From: Macrostomum lignano
Taxonomy: Eukaryota
Reading direction: 5' to 3'
DNA length: 64,000 bases
Assembly (NCBI GenBank): GCA_002269645.1
Contig: NIVC01001341.1
Coordinates: forward strand, 62,001 to 126,000
The translations under genes and the position numbers were made by a program. The notes beneath the pieces were generated by a model. It ran no database searches. It had not been told where the DNA came from and saw only the letters and a program-made list of their open reading frames with translations. Shown in pieces: positions 33,951-43,407 of the stretch (positions are counted from its first letter, which is position 1; each line of letters starts with the position of its first letter).

Positions 33951-35120
33951 ATGTTTAACGAGAGAGAAGAGAGCCGGTGCAGCAGCCGGCTGGATCAGCA
34001 CATCAGCAGTTCGAGACCTGCAGCAGCATCGGCTGCCGCAGCAGCAGCGGTCAACGACCTTGGTCAGCAGATGCCGCGGCGAAGTGCGAGAAGCGAAGTG
34101 TCCGAAGACCCGCCAGACGAGCTTCTGCCAGGTTTGGACGACCTCGGCCAGAACATCAGGCCCCAGGATGTGAGAACGATGATGGCAGCTCTGCAGCAGC
34201 AGATGGAGCGGCCGGTAAGCAAATCTGTTAAGATTGTAAAGTACACGCCCAGCCAGGACATCCACGTCTGGCTCGCCGCGTTCGAGCAGCGCTGCGAGAT
34301 GGAGCGTATCGAAGACCCGATCGAGATGAAGCAGCACCTCGTTGCGAGTCTAGATCTGGCAACCGCTTACCCGGCTCTGCTCAGTATGCACCTCCCACGC
34401 TATGCTGGCTACGAGGAGGTCAGGCAGCGACTGATCGAGAGATTCGCCCGCCACGGTGGCGCGGATGAATATCGAGAGCTGCTGAGGCGCCGTCAGCAAG
34501 GCAAGAATGAGTCAGCAGAAGAGTACGCTGATGCCCTGCGCACCTTGGGAGAGCGAGCGTACCCTCGAATGCACCCTGAGGATCGAGAGCGGGAGCTGGC
34601 TGATCAGTTCCTAGCTGGCATCAGGACGACACCAGATCTGCGCGAGCGGCTCTATTGGGTCCGCCCGAACAATCTGCTGGCCGCTATTCGAGAACTCCAT
34701 CGTCTGGAAGGCGCCAAGGAACTGGCGCAGCGCTCTGCTCAACCCCCGGTTCGCATGCTGAACGGGGAGCGCGACGGTGACCCGACGCCCGACGCCACCG
34801 CTCAAGCTCTCCTAGCTCTGACTGATCTGCTAGAGAAACAGCAGCGACTGCTAGACAACCTGGTGCAGCGTGACCAGCAGCAGAAAACGAGTCCGCCGGC
34901 GAAAGCCATGATCTGCTATGGCTGTGGTCAGCCTGGTCATCGCAATGCACAGTGCCCGTTACGCCAGAACCAGGGAAACGGCGAGACGGAGAGCGCCCAC
35001 GGCAACGCCCTCCGCAGAGCCCAAGCCCCGGCTACTTGGCAGACTCCGAACGCTCACCAGAAGAAGAGGATGTCGGCTGCGCAGACGCCAATGCCCAGTC
35101 CGACAGTCGCTCATCAGTAA
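33951..35120 (+). CDS. gag: Gag (389 aa) with CCHC zinc knuckle
   Basis: CYGCGQPGHRNAQC = CX2CX4HX4C; retrotransposon capsid-like WLAAFEQ region. Confidence 0.93.
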   Translation: MFNEREESRCSSRLDQHISSSRPAAASAAAAAAVNDLGQQMPRRSARSEVSEDPPDELLPGLDDLGQNIRPQDVRTMMAALQQQMERPVSKSVKIVKYTPSQDIHVWLAAFEQRCEMERIEDPIEMKQHLVASLDLATAYPALLSMHLPRYAGYEEVRQRLIERFARHGGADEYRELLRRRQQGKNESAEEYADALRTLGERAYPRMHPEDRERELADQFLAGIRTTPDLRERLYWVRPNNLLAAIRELHRLEGAKELAQRSAQPPVRMLNGERDGDPTPDATAQALLALTDLLEKQQRLLDNLVQRDQQQKTSPPAKAMICYGCGQPGHRNAQCPLRQNQGNGETESAHGNALRRAQAPATWQTPNAHQKKRMSAAQTPMPSPTVAHQ

Positions 35121-35860
35121 GTGAGGCTGAGTGCGGAGGTTTCGTGGACACCTCCGATGATAAAAAAATCCATGCGCGTGAGGCTGATCCGTACGTCACC
35201 GGCCGATTGGCGGGCCGAGAAGTCCCTTTCCTACTAGACAGCGGCAGTCGGAAAAACTTTCTTGGAGCGTCGACCTGGGCCAATGTTAGACGTCGGATGC
35301 CTCGTTGTATCATATCGCATGCTATCCCGGATTGCGTGACCATGTACGACGGTACGCAGCTACCCCTTGCGTGTAAGGTGATCATCCCGGTGGAGTTCGG
35401 TGATGTCGTCGCGGACACCGAATTCCTGGTCACGGTCACCGATTGTGAAAATTTGCTTGGTATTAATTTCATGCGTGAACACTGCCAGAACTTGGACTTT
35501 GCTCAAGGAATGTTAAAGTTCAACAATGGCGCGTGCATTCCCGTTCGCTATTCGCGCCGTGAGCTTCAATCATGCCGGGTGTACACCTCCGAGAAGTGCA
35601 CTCTGCCGCCGAGAAGTTCAGCGCTGTTGGCCGTCCAGTTGGATGTCGGCCACCCCGAGAACCGAGGATCGCCATCAATCGTCGAGCTGGTGAAGTCGAG
35701 ACTGCACCCCAGCTGCAACACTCTGGAAGCAGCTCCAGCTCTGATGACGATGCCTGAAGGTCGAGGCTACATCGAGGTGTCAACACTGCTGACTGCGAGG
35801 TGTTCCTGCAGTCGGGCATCCGCGTTGGTGTTGCGACACCACTTAGAACTGCCGACCTGA
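34952..35860 (+). CDS. pol: Pol part 1: aspartic protease
   Basis: FLLDSGS catalytic motif and LLGINF. Confidence 0.9.
   Translation: MPVTPEPGKRRDGERPRQRPPQSPSPGYLADSERSPEEEDVGCADANAQSDSRSSVSEAECGGFVDTSDDKKIHAREADPYVTGRLAGREVPFLLDSGSRKNFLGASTWANVRRRMPRCIISHAIPDCVTMYDGTQLPLACKVIIPVEFGDVVADTEFLVTVTDCENLLGINFMREHCQNLDFAQGMLKFNNGACIPVRYSRRELQSCRVYTSEKCTLPPRSSALLAVQLDVGHPENRGSPSIVELVKSRLHPSCNTLEAAPALMTMPEGRGYIEVSTLLTARCSCSRASALVLRHHLELPT
34973..35014 (+). promoter_or_regulatory. Putative -1 programmed ribosomal frameshift signal (gag to pol)
   Basis: G GGA AAC heptamer in gag frame at 34973-34979, 7-nt spacer, 9-bp stem CGGAGAGCG/CGCCCTCCG with one mismatch; pol is in the -1 frame. Confidence 0.8.
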
Positions 35861-38622
35861 TGTACCTGGAAGAGACGCCGGAACCTGAAGTGCGACATTT
35901 GCCAAGGAGCCCTGAAGAGTCCAGCACAGCTTGGCTAGAGGAAGTCGAGATCAACAGCGAGCTGTCCGAAGATCAACGACAGAGAGTGCGAGATCTACTA
36001 GTTGAGTGTCAAGCAGCCTTCTCGAAGCACCTGCTAGACGCTGGCCTGACACACCTGGTGACCCACGAGATCATCCTGAAGGATCGGACACCAGTTGCGC
36101 TACCACCGCGCAGGATCCCGCCTCATCTGAAGGACAAGCTAGACGCCCTGCTAAACGAGATGCTGGCGAAGCACATCATTCGCCCGGCTTATTCTAGCTA
36201 CAACTCGCCAATGCTGATAGTGCCCAAGAAGGACGGCAACATCAGGCTGGTGCATGACTTCAGAGCTCTCAACGACAAGTGTGTGTACCACCCGTACCCG
36301 CTGCCGCACATTCAGGAGACCTTCGCGAAGCTGCGTGGTGCCCAGTGGTACTCTAGCTTGGATCTCGCTCAAGGATTCTGGCAGATCCCGCTGCGCGACT
36401 GCGATCAGCACCTGACGGCGTTCTCTGTGATTGACCGCGGACAATTCTGTTTCAATGTTCTACCGATGGGTCTCCACGATAGTCCAGGCAGCTTTCAGCG
36501 TTGCATCAATAAGCTCCTGGACGGCCTGACGCCAAAGACTGCGCTTGGCTACATGGATGACATCGTGGTGCACTCTGTGACCTTCGAGGAGCAGCTGGAC
36601 AACCTGCGGACTGTACTCCAGCGGATTATCGCAGCCAACCTCAAGGTCAAGCCGAAGAAGTGCCATTTGTTCCTCAAGGAGCTGCATTATCTAGGCCACG
36701 TCGTGACTCCCGACGGCCTGAAGACCTGTGAGGACAAGATTGCGCAGATCCGTGATTGGCCCGTGCCACAGTCCGTTACTCAACTGAGACAATTCCTAGG
36801 CCTCGCCAATTACTACCACAAGTTTGTCAACGGCTACGCTGGATTTGCTGCGCCGCTACATGCCCTGACTCGAAAGGACATCGGCAGCCTGCGGCAGCAT
36901 TGGACTGATGAGCACCAGGTAGCGTTCGACACGTTGAAGAAGAAGTTGTGTTCGACTGAAGTTCTCGCTCTGCCTGAGTTTAACTCAGATCCTAATGTGA
37001 AGTTTGTCCTAGACACGGATGCCTCAGACATTCGCATAGGCGCTTGTCTTGGACAACGGCAATCCGACGGCGTCGAGCGCCCAATTGCATTCTTTAGCCG
37101 GAAGCTTCGTGATCCTGAGAAGCGCTACACGGTCACGAAGAAAGAGCTGCTTGCAATCGTGGACGCGATGCGACATTTCCGTCATTATTTAATCGGCAAG
37201 AAGTTTGAAGTTCGTTCTGACCATCGGGCCTTGCTGTGGCTGCTGAACCAGACGCAGGTCACAGGCATCTTGGGCCGTTGGATTGAGCGATTAAGCGAGT
37301 TCCGCTTCCAGCTTCACCATCGCAAAGGCAAGGACCACGCCAACGCTGACGCCCTGTCAAGACGCCCGGAGACACCACCGGTTGACTTCGAACATGGCCG
37401 ACTGCTGGAGCACCCCGGTTCTGCAGCCCGACCCGGTGATGACACCAGCCTGGAGCCGGAATTGGACACCACACGTGAGGCCACTGCGAGAGCAGCCCGC
37501 ACGAAGAAGGTCCACACTCGCAACAAGGAGGCCGAAACTGCCCTGGCCGAAGACCTGGAGGCCACTGCGCCAGCAGTCCTTCAGCACGACGACCATCGCT
37601 GCAGTCAACGCCTGGAGACCGGTTTGGACACCAACCCGGAGGCCACTGACACCTCAGCCCTCCGCAGCGACGCCCACGCCGACTGCCGTTACTTGGAGAT
37701 TCGCCCGGACAAACCCTCGGAGGCCACTGCTGACGTAGACCTCCTTGATGATGTCCAAGACTGCGGGTCTCGGAATCTGGAGACGCCCATGGACCACGAC
37801 TCAGAGGCCACTGAACAAGCAGCCCTTCTGATGACAGCCCACAACGCGAATCCAGACCAGCAATGTAAGTTCAACTCCCCGGAGTTTTGCGCTGAGAGTT
37901 CTCGCCGTGTTGACAGAGGCCATACTCTCGCGACGGCTGCAAGGTCAACGCTCTGTCCCCCGAGCCGACAGACAGCTGCTCATCGCCTGTGCGGAAAGTC
38001 GAGTCCCCCTTTGCGACACCGCCCAGTGCTGGAGAAGACTCACCCAATGACGACGATGATCGAGCCGACGGCTACGGCTGCCTGCGACGAGGCGTGCTTC
38101 ACGTGTTGCGTCTCGCCCTACAGCCAAGAGTCGCCTGGGCTGTGCAGTGGAGGCAAGTGCACTGCTCCAGCTGCGGAAATTCCTGTCAAGAGAGCGACGA
38201 TGAGAACTTCGAAACGAGATCAGCGATCGTACGCCGACGTTGTGAGACAAAGTCCCTCGGAGCGACCTAATCCTGACGCCGACAAGACGGAGTCGCGTGA
38301 TCAACTGCGAGCCACAGAAGCGGAGACTGAGGAAATCCGGAACCCTCAGCCATGCCGCGCCGTGCTCACTGATTTTCTGAGGATGCCGATGACGCGGCAA
38401 CAGTTTGTCGACGCGCAGCGCGCCGACCGAGCAATCAGCTACGTGCTCAACTTGGTCGAGAACAAAGCCCTGAAGCCTGAGTTCGACGCCCGGTTGCGAC
38501 TGACGAAGGAGCAGCGGAATCTGCTCGGATATTATGATAATCTGCGAGAGGACAACGGCCTGCTGATGATCGATCTGACTGATGGCCAGCAGCCCCGAAG
38601 GTTGTCCTGCCCGAAGCTCTAG
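35800..38622 (+). CDS. pol: Pol part 2: reverse transcriptase, RNase H and long spacer
   Basis: YNSPM, LDLAQGFWQI, LPMGL, YMDD, YLGH, VLDTDASD, SDHRAL, ANADALSR. Confidence 0.96.
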   Translation: MFLQSGIRVGVATPLRTADLMYLEETPEPEVRHLPRSPEESSTAWLEEVEINSELSEDQRQRVRDLLVECQAAFSKHLLDAGLTHLVTHEIILKDRTPVALPPRRIPPHLKDKLDALLNEMLAKHIIRPAYSSYNSPMLIVPKKDGNIRLVHDFRALNDKCVYHPYPLPHIQETFAKLRGAQWYSSLDLAQGFWQIPLRDCDQHLTAFSVIDRGQFCFNVLPMGLHDSPGSFQRCINKLLDGLTPKTALGYMDDIVVHSVTFEEQLDNLRTVLQRIIAANLKVKPKKCHLFLKELHYLGHVVTPDGLKTCEDKIAQIRDWPVPQSVTQLRQFLGLANYYHKFVNGYAGFAAPLHALTRKDIGSLRQHWTDEHQVAFDTLKKKLCSTEVLALPEFNSDPNVKFVLDTDASDIRIGACLGQRQSDGVERPIAFFSRKLRDPEKRYTVTKKELLAIVDAMRHFRHYLIGKKFEVRSDHRALLWLLNQTQVTGILGRWIERLSEFRFQLHHRKGKDHANADALSRRPETPPVDFEHGRLLEHPGSAARPGDDTSLEPELDTTREATARAARTKKVHTRNKEAETALAEDLEATAPAVLQHDDHRCSQRLETGLDTNPEATDTSALRSDAHADCRYLEIRPDKPSEATADVDLLDDVQDCGSRNLETPMDHDSEATEQAALLMTAHNANPDQQCKFNSPEFCAESSRRVDRGHTLATAARSTLCPPSRQTAAHRLCGKSSPPLRHRPVLEKTHPMTTMIEPTATAACDEACFTCCVSPYSQESPGLCSGGKCTAPAAEIPVKRATMRTSKRDQRSYADVVRQSPSERPNPDADKTESRDQLRATEAETEEIRNPQPCRAVLTDFLRMPMTRQQFVDAQRADRAISYVLNLVENKALKPEFDARLRLTKEQRNLLGYYDNLREDNGLLMIDLTDGQQPRRLSCPKL

Positions 38623-38630
38623 ATGCCCAG

Positions 38631-39988
38631 GTGCTCCAGGAGCTCCACAGTTCGCCACTGTGTGGACACCTCGGCCAGACGAAGACGTTGAAGCGGCTAC
38701 GTGAACGATTCTGGAGGCCCGGATTAGCCCGTGTCACCGAGAACTTTATCAGTAAGTGCCGCGCCTGTCTTGAAAGTAAATCCCGAAGACGAGACCGAGT
38801 ACCTGTACAGAGCTTCCCTGTGTGCGAAGTTCTGGGAAGAGTACACTGCGACGTAGTAGGCCCAATTGCCCAGAAGAGCAAGAGCGGGAACCGCTACATC
38901 TTGACGCTATGCGACGCGACGTCGAAGTACCCGTTCGCCTATCCGATGAGGAACCAGAAAGCCAAGACGGTCATCAAGATCTGCAGGAGCGCTTGATCCC
39001 TGACTTTGGTGTACCATGCTGGATACACACTGATCAAGGAACCAATTTCACTGGCTCAGCTTTCAAGAAGTTCTGCGACCTGTTTGGCATCCGGCATACG
39101 ACGACAACACCGTACAACCCAGCTTCTAATGGGCAAGTCGAGAACCTCAACAAGCAGCTGAAGAGTGTCCTCACCTGCCTCCTCGAGCGCAACCATAACG
39201 ACTGGGACACCTTCCTCCCAGCCTGCTTGATGGCGCTCCGCTCTAGTGTACACCCGGTGACAGGTTTCACGCCTCACTACCTGGTGTTTGGTCGAGACTT
39301 TCGACTACCAATCGACAACGCGATCAAGAAGCTGCCGGAGTATGCCAATCTGCCTGACTATGTCAAGGACTTCCAGCGCCGTTTGGACGAAGCGACTGAG
39401 CTAGCCAAAGAACGCCTGCATCTGCATCAGCAACTGCGCGACGAGCACTATTCGAACCTGCCCGCTGCCAAGAAGCTCCAACCTGGTGACCTGGTTTTCC
39501 TCAACAACCCGGTGCTCGAACCGGATGAAGCGGCGAAGTTCCATCGACCTCGCAAAGCGCTGTACGAGGTAGTCGAACCCAAGGGCGAGGTCGTCTACAA
39601 GATTCGCCGTAGAGTGCCAAACCCGCGGGCCAGGCGCGACGAGCTAGTAGTCCATCGCCGGAATCTGCTACTCGTCCCTGATGCCGACTACCAGCTGACT
39701 TCGGATCCAGAAGTCGACCAGGCCAAGAAGCGCTGCAGGTTGACTGATGCCCCGGACGGTGCAGGACCCGCGACTCTGACACCGATTCCGGAGGACGATC
39801 CGGACGAGGACGATGATGATGATGACGCATGGCCGGCCTTCCGGTGGCGCTTCCGGCCGTTGGCGATCCCGGATGTGCAGCCAGGAGGTGGACCGGTCAC
39901 GACACCAGCGAACCAGCGCAGAAATGCACAAGCGTCCGCTCCACGTGAGCTCAAGCTCCTCGTCCGATGCGGAGCAAGGGCGGCCTAG
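38631..39988 (+). CDS. pol: Pol part 3: integrase (split by one frameshift near 38979)
   Basis: HHCC finger (LH..GH...CRAC) and D-D-E (CDVVGP, HTDQG, NGQVE). Confidence 0.93.
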
Positions 39989-41030
39989 CCGTAGCCGGCG
40001 CCGACCTGGTACCCCGGTCTCGCCAGAGACCATGGGGATCCCGCGGCGCCCGCTGGAGACAATTAACCGGAGACTCAGGGCTGAAGGCAACGGCTCGGCG
40101 AGGCCGACGCGCCAGGTTGATCGGCGCCCTCACCGTCGCACGCCGTCTCCCGAGCCCCAGAGGCGGAATGGGAGGCCACTCCGAACATCGGCACCCAGGC
40201 GAAGCCCTTCGCCCGTTCTGGAGAGCCATGCAGCTCAACACCCCGCTCGGGGTCAACGACACTCGCCCGAAGTCATCGACCTCACGCGCGACTCGCCATC
40301 GCCAGACGCGACTGCGCGGACACTCATGGTCGACCGGATCGCGGCCGCTTTGGCTTACGTGCAGCTGGAACAGCAGGTGATGCGGGGCTTGGCGGACATC
40401 CGCCTCCAAGTCCGCAATTCCCTTCCAGACATCGACGGGGCTCGGCCGGCGGCCCGTGAGCGAGTCGGGTCGGAGCACCACGGCAGGCCCGGCGGAACAG
40501 ATGAACGCGGAGGGGATCTCGACGACGCCAGGCATCCCGACGCGGCCCCGTCTCCGATGTCTTGGACCGATGACACTCAGGGAGCGGCCGCATGCTCCTC
40601 AGCTGTTTGGACCGACCTGGCCGCGTCGCTGCGCCGCACCCTGCCCAGGGCCCCGCCACCATCGCCCGAACGTCCGGCGGAAACGCTCGATACCGGCACT
40701 CAAACGGAGTCGCCAATACCGGAATACCGAGCTACCGTCATCGCTGCCGGCGCCAACCTGATAAGCGCTGTACTCGTCAGAGCGGCTCGGCAAGGCGGAG
40801 AAATCGTTGACCTCGGTGGCCCGATCTGGGCGGAGCTCCGTCAAACCACGGCCGAGGAGAGGAGCCGGTTATTCGCGGAGGCGGTCGGCCTGGCCGGCCC
40901 CGACCTGGAGCGGCCGAACCGGCCGTACGCTCTCCACCTGGCGGCCGTCCGCGTTGCCCGATTCATGGGCGGCGGGGAAGAAGACCTGCCGATGCTCTTG
41001 ATGACTCCGCGTCTGTGCTATTTTGACTGA
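39813..41030 (+). CDS. Extra ORF after integrase (up to 405 aa), non-Env, function unknown
   Basis: Long open frame between IN and the PPT; R/S/P-rich N-terminal half and helical-looking C-terminus; no signal peptide or TM segment. Confidence 0.7.
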   Translation: MMMMTHGRPSGGASGRWRSRMCSQEVDRSRHQRTSAEMHKRPLHVSSSSSSDAEQGRPSRSRRRPGTPVSPETMGIPRRPLETINRRLRAEGNGSARPTRQVDRRPHRRTPSPEPQRRNGRPLRTSAPRRSPSPVLESHAAQHPARGQRHSPEVIDLTRDSPSPDATARTLMVDRIAAALAYVQLEQQVMRGLADIRLQVRNSLPDIDGARPAARERVGSEHHGRPGGTDERGGDLDDARHPDAAPSPMSWTDDTQGAAACSSAVWTDLAASLRRTLPRAPPPSPERPAETLDTGTQTESPIPEYRATVIAAGANLISAVLVRAARQGGEIVDLGGPIWAELRQTTAEERSRLFAEAVGLAGPDLERPNRPYALHLAAVRVARFMGGGEEDLPMLLMTPRLCYFD

Positions 41031-41420
41031 TTGGCGGCCGTACGCTGATGTACGCCCTGTTGACAATGAAGTTGCCCCGTTTGCCGCGCTAGTTAAGCGC
41101 CCTTATGCAGGAATTTTAAGCCGGTTGGCTTGTGTATTCAGGTATCGCCCGCGCAATATTTAGGCGCCATTTCTAGGGTGGGCCGGCGCCCCCACACCAA
41201 ATTCGAGCACTAATTTTGCGGGCTGGAGCACGAGGAATAGTTAGGCGCAGGCTATTAGCGGGTTGGCGCCCCGCGGTATCAGGCCACTATCTTTACGACC
41301 TGGCCAGTCGCGCAATTTCACGAGCGCATTTGAAATTTTGTGTGTTTTCTTTTGTCAGTAAATTCACGTTTACTTTGTTTTAAATAAAGCGCGCGCCGCT
41401 TCACTCCGCCTCTTTATTTG

Positions 41421-41431
41421 AACGGGGAGAG
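41421..41431 (+). promoter_or_regulatory. Polypurine tract
   Basis: aacggggagag immediately before the 3' LTR. Confidence 0.85.
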
Positions 41432-42563
41432 TGTAGTGAGTCGCTAGTTTAGTTAGGCGCCGCACTAGTCAGCTGTTGCCCTCGCCTTCTCCCCAGGTTT
41501 CTGTCTGCCGCTGGGCAGTTGCCTGTCCCTCCCGCCTGTCCCTGGCCTGTCCTCTGCCCGTTTGTCTGTCTGTCTGTTTGTCCTCGTTTGCCCCTTTTGT
41601 CTCGCTTTCCCTTTTTGCAGTGCCCAGACAGCTTGGTCTGGCCTGCCTCTGTTTCGTTCTCTGTCAGGCATCTCCAAATTTGGAGTGCCTTCCTGTTTTC
41701 CGGTCCCACGGTCACGAGTGCCTTCACTTGTGGGCCTTTTCCCCTTGTCATGTGAGTCAGTCACATGACAAGGCCCTCTTCCTTCTTTAGTCCAAAGTGC
41801 AATGATTTCATCATTGTACGCTGGGCTCGTGTTTATGGGGAGATCACGTGCGCCCGGACCCCCCCCTTGCCTCCTCTGAGGCAGGGCCCGCTTGTTTGTT
41901 GCTAAAAATAGCAACAGAGTCACTTATGACTCTCAGCGGGGGCCTTTCGTGCTATGGTGCAATCGATCCTCCCTATAAATGCAGCCCCTCTCCTGGCTTG
42001 GCTCAGACAAGCCTTTCTTTCCTTCCGTTAACCGGCCCTTCCGTTTCAGCCTCTCGTTTCTGCGTTTTCAGCGTTCCTACCGTTCCTCGCGTTCCTAGCT
42101 TTCCAAGCTTTCCTAGCGTTCCTTCCGTTTCGTTTCTAGCGAACTCTAAGTTGTGTGCCAAGTTGACGCTTAAGTTGAACTCCAAGACTCCCGACTTTGC
42201 GCGTGACTGCCTCTGGCTCTGATTGTTCCTGCTATCAATTAGCAGGCCAGCTCGGATCGCCCGAAGCTAGCACTTTCGCTCTCACCCCGCACCAGCCCGG
42301 CAGGGACTGCTGACGGTGGGCACCTCTGCGCGAGAACTGCTAAATCTGCGCGAAGTGCGAGTCTCTTTCTCTCGTCTTAGTTATTTGCTTCTACGAGCTC
42401 AGCACCTCACCGAAGGCTGCGACTCTGCGAAGCTGGTGGCAGCACTACCAACGCTACTAGATCAACCCGGAGACTTCCCAGAGGAGCTCAAGCAACTGTA
42501 CTTCACCGGGGCAGCGTTCCTATTGAAGGCCTCTAGACAACCACAGGCAAGACCTGTACTTCA
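41432..42563 (+). repeat. 3' LTR (1132 bp)
   Basis: By eye differs from the 5' LTR only by +1 C in a C-run and a 2-bp ac deletion; followed by TSD CATT. Confidence 0.97.
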
Positions 42564-43407
42564 CATTTAAATTCCACATGGCCACGTGGAACCCACGTGG
42601 AATCCATGAATCATTTTTCACTGGGTTATCCCTTCTTATACATGTAAGACGTTTGTAACAGTGACTTTTTCTTGAAATTAAATGGTCATGCACATTGCAC
42701 TTGGAAATAAAACTTTTTATACATGTACTTCTGAAGTACACGTTTACATTTAGATCGCGCCCGTACTTATGTAATAAAAAAATGGTACGCAGTCATCTAA
42801 CTCTTGCATTTTTGCCAGATCATTGGCTGCAAGTATTCAGAATTTCAGAATTCATTTTCAGTCCAAAATGACTAAAAATGTCTATCTCTATATTGTATTC
42901 TTCATCGAAAGTACATGTAGGCCCACAAAAATATCGAGTTAATACCATTGCAATCGACTCCAATGCAGCACAAGTCGTCCTTGCACTCAGATCAATATTT
43001 GAACTGCATGTATGCATACACAATCTCGGTGAGCAAAATTCAAATTGCATTTAGTTGTAAAGCAGCAAAATTCTATATCAGTAATAGATAATTTCATCCA
43101 AAGGAAAAATATTTTGTGACTGTAAATTACGGCTTTTGTTTTTAAAAATACGGCTCGTATTAACAAATTTTGTTTTAAACTCTACAGGATCCGCGTACCT
43201 CGCTTTTTGACTGTTTTTTTATAATTACTCAACAATATACAGACTAAAAAAATTGACCACTATTTGCATTTTAAATTTTTCTAAAGGCGTCTCCGGTGAG
43301 ATTTAACATGAGTACATGACGTCTTCTTCCTCCCGGCCGAAGTTTTCAAGGTGCAATACTTTATTACCACGCTAACAGATTAACAGAAATTATTTATTTT
43401 TATTATC

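Larger units (their letters stand above)
32686..42563 (+). mobile_element. Full-length Ty3/gypsy LTR retrotransposon (9.9 kb)
   Basis: Two near-identical TG...CA LTRs, 4-bp TSD CATT, PBS, PPT, gag-PR-RT-RH-IN order. Confidence 0.98.
29518..42625. mobile_element. Non-autonomous DNA transposon, EnSpm/CACTA-like (about 3.2 kb host element interrupted by SINE, MITE and gypsy)
   Basis: Inverted ends cccagtgaaaaa(a)atgat / atcatttttcactggg, 2-bp TT flanks on both sides, subterminal tggattccatgtgg / ccacgtggaatcc repeats at both ends and before the LTR, AT-rich interior with no transposase. Confidence 0.72.

Noticed and set aside
39813-41030. env gene
   Set aside because: No signal peptide, TM anchor or recognisable fusion-protein pattern.
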